Source: Longivirga aurantiaca (GTDB lineage: Bacteria; Actinomycetota; Actinomycetes; S36-B12; CAIYMF01). Taken from it: a stretch of DNA of 32,000 nucleotides. The notes beneath the pieces were generated by a model. The model searched no databases. It was not told where the DNA came from and saw only the letters and a program-made list of their open reading frames with translations. The translations under genes and the position numbers were made by a program. Positions 24,406 to 31,857 of the stretch are shown one piece after another; within the stretch, counting starts at the first letter, position 1, and each line of letters begins with the position of its first letter. The DNA lies in the NCBI RefSeq assembly GCF_042660085.1, contig NZ_JBHSTI010000001.1, forward strand, positions 1 through 32,000. Reading direction: 5' to 3'.

Positions 24406-24777
24406 ATGAGCGACATCACCGCGGAGACCGTGAACCGCGCTCGCCTCGACTCCCTCGTCGACGAGATCGGCGACCAGGACATCGTCCGCCAGGCCGTGCA
24501 GAGCTTCCTCGACGAGCTGGTCGAGCGCCTCCAGGCGATCCGGACCACGATCTCGGGCGGCGACGCCGCGGAGATCAAGAAGGCCGCGCACGCCCTCGGC
24601 TCGCCGGCGGCCATGCTCGGCGCGATCGAGGTCAACCGCATCTGCCGCGCCATGCAGGACCAGTGCGACGCCGGCGGGGACGTGCTCGCGCCTGTGATGG
24701 CCGACCTCGACGCCAGCTCCGCGCGCACAGTGTCCGGGCTGCGGGCGTACCTCGCCGAGTCGGCGGCCACCGCCTGA
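24406..24777 (+). CDS. Stand-alone Hpt (histidine phosphotransfer) domain protein
   Basis: 123 aa. KKAAHALGSPAAMLGA matches the Hpt H-x-L-K-G-S-x-x-x-x-G motif, with His62 at codon 24589-24591. A GGAGAGAGAG SD lies upstream. It is convergent with the hybrid kinase, with a 34-nt gap. Confidence 0.8.
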   Translation: MSDITAETVNRARLDSLVDEIGDQDIVRQAVQSFLDELVERLQAIRTTISGGDAAEIKKAAHALGSPAAMLGAIEVNRICRAMQDQCDAGGDVLAPVMADLDASSARTVSGLRAYLAESAATA

Positions 24778-24811
24778 GCCGTGCGCCCCGCGCGCGGTCT
24801 GCGTCGGCGGC

Positions 24812-26545
24812 CTACGTGCTGCTCGCGCCGTCCAGCCAGCGCTGCACCATGCCGGAGAGCGCGTCGATGCCGAACGGCTTGCTGAGGTAGTCGACCATCC
24901 CTGCGTCGCGGCACAGGTCGCGCTCGGTCTGCCCGACGTGCGCCGTGAGCGCGACGATCGGCACGTCGGCGGGGGTCGCACCGCCACCGTGGATGCGCCA
25001 CCAGCGCGTCGCCTCGCGCCCGTCCATGCCGGGCATCTGCACGTCCATGAGGACGAGCCCGTACGCCGTGACCCGCAGCGCCTCGATCGCGGCCTCGCCG
25101 CTCTCGACCACGTCGGTGGTGACGCCGAGCTTCCCCAGCATCGCGGCGGCGAGCCTGCGGTTGACGTCGTTGTCGTCGACCAGGAGCACCCGCGTGCTGT
25201 GGTCGGACCGGACCGTGGGCACGTGCACCGGTGCGTGCACGCGCAGCCGGGCCGCCGTACCGCCCTCGGCGCGGCGCCTGACCTCGACCGTCCCCCCGAG
25301 GGCCGCAGCGAGGCGTGCGGTCTGGGCCAGTCCGGAGCCTCCGGTGGGCCGGCTCGGCGTCTCCCAGGAGCAGCCGATGCCGTCGTCGACGACGTCGAAG
25401 ACCACGGCGTCGTCCTCGAGCGAGACGCTCAGCTGCACGGCCTCGGCGTGTGCGTGACGCACGGCGTTGTCGACGAGCTCGTCGAGGACCTGGGTGACGA
25501 GGGGCAGGGCGAGCTCGACCGGGTGGTCGCCCGGAGGGACCGACGCGACGGTCACCGGCACCGCGGTGCTCGAGTGGCGCTCGGCGACCTCGGTCACCAG
25601 GTCGCGCAGCACCGTCGGGGTACGCGGCCCGGCGACGCGACGCTCGGTGCCGTCGGCGATGGCGACGAGGGCGTCGGCCAGGCGGTCCAGCCGGTCGAGG
25701 TCGGCCGTGCCCTGCGAGTCCTCGGCGTCCACGCGGCCGCGCAGGTCGACCGAGACGTCGTGCAGCTCGTGCACGACCCACGCCGCGTACGCCGTGCGCG
25801 CGTCGTCGGTGCTCCTGCCGTGCCGGGTGAGCGCGGCCACGTCCTGGGTGCGCTGCGCCAGCAGCTCCTCGAGCCGGCGGCGGTCGTCGGCCTGGCGCTG
25901 CTGGGCCCGCTCCCACTCGACCGCGCGCCCCAGCTGGGCGGCGAGGGACGGTGCCAGCTGCAGCAGCCGCTCGTCGGCCGGCATCGGCTCGGGGTGCAGG
26001 AACTCCACGACTGCGACGACCTCGATGCCGGTGATGATCGGGAACGCCCAGGTGGATCCGGCCGCCTCGCCCTCGCGCCCGCGCCCCGGCGCCACCGACG
26101 TGTCGGGCACCCACGCCGCGAGGTGCGAGGCACCCACCTCGCCCGGGAGCCCCACCGCCGGGGTGAAGCGCCGGTCGACGGTCGCACCCATCACCGCATC
26201 GAGGAAGTCGAGCTCGACGGGGTCGGCGTCCCAGATGTCGGAGGTGACGAACGCGCCGTCGGGCTCGCGCAGCAGCACGTGCGAGACCGCGAACCTGCAG
26301 TGCCGGCGTACGACCTTCGCCGCTGCGCTCATCGCGGACAGGGCGTCGTCGGTCTCGTTGACGATGACCGCGATGGAGGCCAGCAGCTCCACCTCGCGGG
26401 CGCGCTCGAAGGCCCGCCTCAGCTGCATCTCGGCCGTGCGCTCGGCCTCGAGACGCGCGGCCCGCTCCTGCGCGGCGCGGTGCTCGAGGCGTGCGATCCC
26501 GTCCGGACCGACGTCGTCCGGGACCGAGCGCGGGTCGATGCTCAC
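24812..26545 (-). CDS. Soluble hybrid sensor kinase: coiled coil - GAF - HisKA-like - HATPase_c - receiver
   Basis: 577 aa from GTG 26545 (GTGA overlap with the upstream stop). The GAF-like region runs from EVELLASIAV to AAQLGRAVE. The H-box-like sequence is AAWVVHELHDVSVDL, the N-box LDELVDNAVRHA, and the G-boxes DDGIG and GGSGLA. The receiver is intact: LLVDDN, LVLMDVQMPGMDG (Asp codon 25043-25045) and YLSKP. No TM segment. Track ORF 24812..28324 is over-extended into the upstream gene. Confidence 0.8.
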   Translation of the reverse strand: MSIDPRSVPDDVGPDGIARLEHRAAQERAARLEAERTAEMQLRRAFERAREVELLASIAVIVNETDDALSAMSAAAKVVRRHCRFAVSHVLLREPDGAFVTSDIWDADPVELDFLDAVMGATVDRRFTPAVGLPGEVGASHLAAWVPDTSVAPGRGREGEAAGSTWAFPIITGIEVVAVVEFLHPEPMPADERLLQLAPSLAAQLGRAVEWERAQQRQADDRRRLEELLAQRTQDVAALTRHGRSTDDARTAYAAWVVHELHDVSVDLRGRVDAEDSQGTADLDRLDRLADALVAIADGTERRVAGPRTPTVLRDLVTEVAERHSSTAVPVTVASVPPGDHPVELALPLVTQVLDELVDNAVRHAHAEAVQLSVSLEDDAVVFDVVDDGIGCSWETPSRPTGGSGLAQTARLAAALGGTVEVRRRAEGGTAARLRVHAPVHVPTVRSDHSTRVLLVDDNDVNRRLAAAMLGKLGVTTDVVESGEAAIEALRVTAYGLVLMDVQMPGMDGREATRWWRIHGGGATPADVPIVALTAHVGQTERDLCRDAGMVDYLSKPFGIDALSGMVQRWLDGASST

Positions 26546-28950
26546 TGGGCCTGCCCGAGCACGACGTCGAGCAGCCGACGGAGCTCGCCGATGTCGACCG
26601 GCTTGCCGATGTGGCCGTCCATGCCGCTGGTGCGGCACCGGTCGAGCACGGCGTCGTCCGAGCCGCCGAACATCGCGTACACCGGCACCTTGGCCACGGC
26701 TGGGTTGCGCGACCTGCGGATGCGCTCGGTCATGTCCGGACCGTCCAGTCCCGTCATGCGTGCAGACACGAGGACGAGCCTCGTGCCCGGGGCGGACTCG
26801 AGGAGCTCGAGAGCCTCCTCGCACGAGGCGACGGCGACGCCCGAGGTGCCCAGGCGCTGCAGCAGGCGCATGACGTGGCCGCGGCGCGGCTCGCTCGACT
26901 CGACGACGAGCACCGAGGGGGCGACCCGCACCGGGGTCTCGCGCACGTCCTCGTCCGAGGTGTCGGCGGCGACCTCCTCGAGGCGCAGGACGAAGCGGAA
27001 CGCCGATCCCACGCCGACGGCGGAGTCGACCACGATCTGCCCACCCATGAGCCCGACGAGCCGGTCGGCGATCGCGAGCCCCAGCCCGGTGCCCTCCTGG
27101 CTGCTGCGGGCCTGGACGAAGGGGTCGAAGATCGACGCGGCCTGCTCGGGCACGATGCCGGGGCCGGTGTCGCGCACCTCGACCTCGACGACGGACTCCG
27201 GGCCGCGCTGGGACACCAGGCGCAGCGCGAGCGAGACCGAGCCGGACTCGGTGAACTTCACCGCGTTGCCGACGAGGTTGACGAGCACCTGCCGGAACCG
27301 CACCGGGTCGCCGAGCACGCGCGACGGCGTCCCGGGGTCGATCGACAGCGCCAGCTCGATTCCCTTCGCCCGCGCCTGCGGCCCGAGGAGGTCGACGACG
27401 GCCTTCGCGCTGTCGGCGACCGAGAAGGGCTCGGTCACGAGGTCGATGCGGCCGGCCTCGACCTTCTGCAGGTCGAGGATGTCGTTGATGATCGACACGA
27501 GGTTGGTGGCCGACATGTCGATGACGCCGACGAGCTCGCGCTGCTCGCCGTCGAGGTCGGTCGTGCGCAGCAGGTCGACGGTGGCGAGCACGCCGTGCAT
27601 CGGCGTGCGGATCTCGTGGCTCATCGAGGCGAGGAACTGCGACTTCGCGTCCGAGGCTGCGATCGCCTCGTCGCGGGCGCGGGCGAGCGCCCCCTGGTAG
27701 AGCACGCGGTCGGTCGCGTCCCGGAACATCCAGAGCGCCCCGAGGTCCTGCCCCTCGGACACGATGGGCTGGAAGTCGAACTCGAGCACGCGCGATCCCG
27801 AAAGGGTCAGCGACTGGTTGGATGTGGGCCACCGACGCGCGGTGAGGGTCTCGGTACGCCGCAGGAACGCTGCCGGGTCGTCCTCGGGGCGCACGACCTG
27901 CGCGATGGCCGCGCTGATCGGAAGCCCGGTGAGCTCGTCGGGGTCGGCCTCGGAGCGGAACATCTGGCAGAGCATGGCGTTGGCCATCACGATGCGTCGC
28001 TGCCGGTCCTCGACGAGCACGCCCGACTGCATGTGGTCGAGGAGCGTGGTGAGGCGCGACATCGTGTCGTGCAGCTCGATCTCCGCGGTCTTGGTCTTGG
28101 TGATGTCGAGCATGAAGCCGAAGCGGCGTCGTCGCCCGTCCTCGTCCTCGACGACGGTGTCGACCGCCCGGGTCCAGACAACCTGACCGTCGGCGCACAG
28201 CAGCCGAACCTCCTCGTCGTACGGGCTGTCGTCCGCCTCGGCGGCGCGGTTGGCCGCCCAGGCCCGCTCGCGGTCCTCGGGGTGCACGACCACCCGGAAG
28301 AAGAAGGCCTGCTCGGTGAGCCACCGGCGTACGGGGTAGCCCAGCCAGTCGACCACCTGGGGGCTGATGAACTCGGCCACCGACTCGTCGCCGAGGGTGT
28401 CGATGTACATCACGAGCGGCTGCAGCTCGACGATGCGGCGGTACTGCGCCTCGGCCCGGGTGAGCATCCGGTTGGCATCACGGAGCTCGGTGGCCGACCG
28501 CTGCAGCTCGGCGTTCAGCGTGCGCAGGTCGTCGAGGCTGCGCTCCTGGCCGCGGCGCAGGAACAGCAGGTCGGGGGTCTGGTCGACCGGGGAGAAGTCC
28601 GCCGCGGACAGCCCGAGACGATCGAGCTCCTGGGACGAGGAGACGATCGGGTTGCCGATGAGCAGGACTCCGGGCGGGTCCGAGACGTCGACCGCCTGGA
28701 AGCGCAGCCGGGGACCCTCGGGCAGCAACCGCATGAGCAGCATGGAGTCGCGGTGGTCGCGGATCTGCTCGATCGTGGACACGCCGAGGGGGCGGACCAC
28801 CTCGAGCACCTCGAGGAGCGGGCGACCGACCAGGTCGACCCCGAGGCGCGCCCACGACGGGCCCTGCCGGACGACGACGAGGTCCTCGTCGCACAGCACC
28901 CCGAACGGTGCCGCGCGGTCGAGGTCGTCGTCGCGGAGCTGGATGCTCAC
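26542..28950 (-). CDS. Soluble sensor histidine kinase: HNOBA - PAS - PAS - HisKA - HATPase_c - degenerate receiver
   Basis: 802 aa. The N-terminal ~170 aa aligns by eye block-for-block with the sGC beta1 H-NOX-associated domain (see findings). It has two PAS-like repeats, an H-box FLASMSHEIRTPMHG, an N-box VNLVGNAVKFT, and DTGPGI / GTGLGLAI. In the C-terminal receiver fold the acceptor position reads LVLVSARMTGLDG, with a Ser codon at 26764-26766. GTG 28950 overlaps the H-NOX stop. Confidence 0.85.
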   Translation of the reverse strand: MSIQLRDDDLDRAAPFGVLCDEDLVVVRQGPSWARLGVDLVGRPLLEVLEVVRPLGVSTIEQIRDHRDSMLLMRLLPEGPRLRFQAVDVSDPPGVLLIGNPIVSSSQELDRLGLSAADFSPVDQTPDLLFLRRGQERSLDDLRTLNAELQRSATELRDANRMLTRAEAQYRRIVELQPLVMYIDTLGDESVAEFISPQVVDWLGYPVRRWLTEQAFFFRVVVHPEDRERAWAANRAAEADDSPYDEEVRLLCADGQVVWTRAVDTVVEDEDGRRRRFGFMLDITKTKTAEIELHDTMSRLTTLLDHMQSGVLVEDRQRRIVMANAMLCQMFRSEADPDELTGLPISAAIAQVVRPEDDPAAFLRRTETLTARRWPTSNQSLTLSGSRVLEFDFQPIVSEGQDLGALWMFRDATDRVLYQGALARARDEAIAASDAKSQFLASMSHEIRTPMHGVLATVDLLRTTDLDGEQRELVGVIDMSATNLVSIINDILDLQKVEAGRIDLVTEPFSVADSAKAVVDLLGPQARAKGIELALSIDPGTPSRVLGDPVRFRQVLVNLVGNAVKFTESGSVSLALRLVSQRGPESVVEVEVRDTGPGIVPEQAASIFDPFVQARSSQEGTGLGLAIADRLVGLMGGQIVVDSAVGVGSAFRFVLRLEEVAADTSDEDVRETPVRVAPSVLVVESSEPRRGHVMRLLQRLGTSGVAVASCEEALELLESAPGTRLVLVSARMTGLDGPDMTERIRRSRNPAVAKVPVYAMFGGSDDAVLDRCRTSGMDGHIGKPVDIGELRRLLDVVLGQAQ

Positions 28951-29504
28951 GGTGCCCCGGACGCCGTCAGCCGTACGTGGAAGACCTCGTGGTCGGTGCC
29001 GTCGGACGCGACGGCGTCGTGGGTGACCGCTGCGGGCGTGCCGTAGAGGTCGCCGAGCCCTTCGAGCAGGCCCACGACGAACGGCACGAGCCCGGCCCGC
29101 TCGGACCGGTAGTGGACGTCGAGGCCGTCCTCACCCGTCTCGACGACGTCGAACGACGGCGGTCGCAGCTCCGGGTAGAGCGACTGCAGCCGCGCGTGCA
29201 TCTCGTCGAGGTTGCGCAGCACGGACGCCACGTCGGTGCCCGTCGCGCCCAGGATGTCGCCGTAGCTCTCGGGCCCGACGCGGGTGGACCAGTAGTGGCC
29301 GAACCCGCGCAGCAGGTCCTCGGCCGGTGCGTCGAGCACCTCGCTCGCGGCCCCGACGAGGGCGTAGGTCACCGAGTCGTCGTAGTAGTGCAGGGCGGCG
29401 AACGTCTGGCTGGTCTCGGCCCGGAGGGCGATGCTGCTCCAGGCGGCGGGGCCGGCGTTCTCCACGACGTGGCGGCGCATCGCCTCGTTGATGAGCCCGT
29501 ACAT
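28947..29504 (-). CDS. hnoX: H-NOX (haem nitric oxide/oxygen binding, HNOB) domain protein
   Basis: 185 aa from MYGLINEAM (compare sGC beta1 MYGFVNHAL). The proximal-His context is NLDEMHARL, with His103 at codon 29196-29198. The haem-propionate motif Y132-x-S134-x-R136 is in VHYRSERAG. A GGAGAGGGG SD lies 8 nt upstream of ATG 29504. The track start GTG 29513 is too close to the SD. Confidence 0.85.
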   Translation of the reverse strand: MYGLINEAMRRHVVENAGPAAWSSIALRAETSQTFAALHYYDDSVTYALVGAASEVLDAPAEDLLRGFGHYWSTRVGPESYGDILGATGTDVASVLRNLDEMHARLQSLYPELRPPSFDVVETGEDGLDVHYRSERAGLVPFVVGLLEGLGDLYGTPAAVTHDAVASDGTDHEVFHVRLTASGAP

Positions 29505-29570
29505 CGACGGCACCCCTCTCCGACTCGACGGCGTGGCCGTGCGCCCGCGGCGGGCGGGCGGACGGTCGGA

Positions 29571-30257
29571 TCAGACCGGCTCGAACCGGTACCCGACCCC
29601 ACGCAGCGTACGGATGTGCCGCGGCGATGCGGCGGACTCGCCGAGCTTCTTGCGCAGCTTGCCGACGTGGACCTCGATGACGTGGTCGTCGCCGAACCAC
29701 TCGCCCCAGATCTGCTCGAGCAGCTGCTCGCGGGTGAAGATGCGGCGCGGGTTGCCCGAGAGCAGGTCCAGGATGTCGAACTCGATCTTGGTGAGCTCGA
29801 CCTCCTCGCCGTCGACCTTCACCTCGCGGGCCAGCGGATCGACGATCAGGTGGCCGAAGTCGCGGACCTCCTGCTGCGCGCGCTGACGGGGGCGGCGGCG
29901 CATCGCGCGGATGCGGGCGGCGAGCTCGCGCGGGGAGAAGGGCTTCGTGACGTAGTCGTCGGCGCCGACCGTGAGGCCCACGATCTTGTCGACCTCGTCG
30001 TCGCGCGAGGTGACCATCACGACGTACGCGTCGCTGAAGACGCGGAGCTGGCGGCACACCTCGACGCCGTCGCAGTCCGGGAGCGAGAGGTCGAGGATGA
30101 CGAGCTCGGGCTTGCCGGCCCGGGCGAACTCCAGCCCCTTCTTCCCGAGCGGGGTCGCGACGACGTCGTACCCCTCCTTCTCGAGGAGACCGCGAACGAG
30201 CAGGGTGATCTCTGGCGAGTCCTCGATGATGAGGGCTTGACCTCGCTGGGTGGCCAC
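29571..30257 (-). CDS. OmpR/PhoB-family response regulator (receiver + winged helix)
   Basis: About 228 aa. It has LVILDLSLPDCDG (acceptor Asp) and YVTKPF, with a C-terminal wHTH containing LTKIEFDIL and RTLRGVGYRF. The start is uncertain: GTG 30257 (AAAGGA SD 9 nt upstream) is preferred, with ATG 30308 and TTG 30374 as alternatives. Confidence 0.85.
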   Translation of the reverse strand: MATQRGQALIIEDSPEITLLVRGLLEKEGYDVVATPLGKKGLEFARAGKPELVILDLSLPDCDGVEVCRQLRVFSDAYVVMVTSRDDEVDKIVGLTVGADDYVTKPFSPRELAARIRAMRRRPRQRAQQEVRDFGHLIVDPLAREVKVDGEEVELTKIEFDILDLLSGNPRRIFTREQLLEQIWGEWFGDDHVIEVHVGKLRKKLGESAASPRHIRTLRGVGYRFEPV

Positions 30258-30454
30258 GATGCCTGTCCTTTCGCCTTGTCCGGTGACGGGGCGGACTGAC
30301 TGAGACATCGGCGCGGATTGCGCGCGTCCTGAGTTACTCCGTCCGTGTTCCACCGGAAGTACCTCTCCGGTCAACTCCGTCGCTCACTTCATCACATCCG
30401 CCTCTCGGGATGCTCAACGAGCGATCAGCGGACGAGAGCGATCGGAGAGGAACC

Positions 30455-30485
30455 GGTGACCGCGGCGTACGCCGACCCGGTCACC
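30455..30485 (-). terminator. Nested hairpin overlapping the AI-2E transporter stop codon, a possible terminator
   Basis: GGTGACC (30455-30461) pairs with GGTCACC (30479-30485). These enclose the palindrome GGCGTACGCC. On the minus strand it is followed by GGTTCCTCTCC. Confidence 0.3.
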
Positions 30486-31662
30486 CCGAGGACGCGGGGT
30501 CCTCGACGACGTCGTACGTCGGCGCGTAGGTCTCGAGGAACGACATCACGATCGCGGCGACGGGAACGGCGAGGAGGGCACCCGCAGCGCCGAACAGCGA
30601 GGCACCGAACATGACCGCCCCGAACGACACCGCTGGATGCAGGTCGACCGCCTTGGCGCTGATCCTGGGCTCGATGGTGAGGTTCTCGACCTGCTGGTAG
30701 AGCAGCGCCCACACCAGTGCGATGAGGCCGTCCTTCGGGTCGTCGGACAGCACGCCGATGAGCACCGGCAGCGCGATCGCGATGTAGGTACCGATGGTGG
30801 GCACGAACTGCGCCACGATGCCGGTCCAGATGCCGAGCGGCAGCCAGTAGGGCATCCCGATGAGGTACAGCACCAGGGCCGTCGTGCTGCCGTTGATGAA
30901 GGCGAGCACGAGGCGCGCCGCGACGTAGCCGCCGGCCTTCTGGATCGCGGTGTCCCAGAGCTCGCTGTTGACCTTCTGCGCGCTGCGCGGCAGGAACTTC
31001 GCGATCCACCGGCGCAGGCGTGGGGCGTCGGCCGACAGGTAGAACGTGAACAGCAGCAGCGTGAACACGTTGAAGACCGAGCCGAGGAACGTGAAGATCG
31101 CCCCGAAGATGCCGCCTGCCGCCCCGGCCGCCCACGACGCGATGGCGCCCGGGGTCAGCCCGATGCTGTCGAGGATCTTCTCCACGCTGAGGTCCGTCGA
31201 GAACTGCCTGTTGATCCAGTCGATGACGTTCGTGACGACGTCCGGCAGCGAGGTGATGAGCTGCAGCAGCTGCTCGACCAGCAGGTTCCCGAAGATCAGG
31301 AAGAAGACCACGGTGCCCAGGAGCGCGAGGATCATGATCAGGCCGGTCGCGAGGCCGCGCCTCATGCCCCGGCGCGCGAAGAAGCCGACCGCCGGCTCCA
31401 TGGCCACCGACAGGGCGAACGCCATGATGATCGTGAAGAGCACGCCGCCGGCATCCTCGAGCACGAACATGAAGAACCAGACCACGGCTGCGATGACGAG
31501 CACCATCGCCGCCACGCGACGCAGGTTGCCCAGGTCGAAGACGACCGTGGCCTCGCGCTCGGGCGCCTTCACGCGGTCGGCAGCGCGCACCCCGGGCGCC
31601 GTGCCGGGCGTGGTCTCCGCAGCAGCGATCTGATCGCCTGCAGTCTCGTCGTCGTTCGCCAT
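30481..31662 (-). CDS. AI-2E family transporter (PerM/UPF0118)
   Basis: 393 aa with about 8 TM helices. The conserved C-terminal region PYWLPLGIWTGIVAQFVPTIGTYIA...QQVENLTIEPRI is typical of the AI-2E family. A strong GGGAGGGG SD is present. Confidence 0.85.
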   Translation of the reverse strand: MANDDETAGDQIAAAETTPGTAPGVRAADRVKAPEREATVVFDLGNLRRVAAMVLVIAAVVWFFMFVLEDAGGVLFTIIMAFALSVAMEPAVGFFARRGMRRGLATGLIMILALLGTVVFFLIFGNLLVEQLLQLITSLPDVVTNVIDWINRQFSTDLSVEKILDSIGLTPGAIASWAAGAAGGIFGAIFTFLGSVFNVFTLLLFTFYLSADAPRLRRWIAKFLPRSAQKVNSELWDTAIQKAGGYVAARLVLAFINGSTTALVLYLIGMPYWLPLGIWTGIVAQFVPTIGTYIAIALPVLIGVLSDDPKDGLIALVWALLYQQVENLTIEPRISAKAVDLHPAVSFGAVMFGASLFGAAGALLAVPVAAIVMSFLETYAPTYDVVEDPASSG

Positions 31663-31857
31663 GTGCGTCCCCTCCCGGCGCTGGTCCCCCGGGCGATCGT
31701 AGAGGTGGGGCCGGGGGCAGGCGGGTGGTCGTGGCGCTACGGCTGGTTACGCGGGCGAGCGATCTCACAGCGGAGATCTCCCGACGGCCCGGCGACGGCG
31801 CCCGCGGGTCGCTAGCGTCGAACCCGTCAGCACGTCACGCCGCAGGACGGGAAGACC

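Noticed and set aside
24778-24811. Terminator hairpin in the 34-nt gap between the convergent Hpt and hybrid-kinase genes
   Set aside because: Only short, imperfect GC complementarity could be found by eye, and no convincing stem of 7 bp or more.
24812-28324. Single 1170-aa hybrid kinase
   Set aside because: The N-terminal ~590 codons are an off-frame Arg/Gly/Pro-rich read of the upstream HNOBA kinase gene. Meaningful sequence starts at GTG 26545, which overlaps the upstream stop (GTGA).
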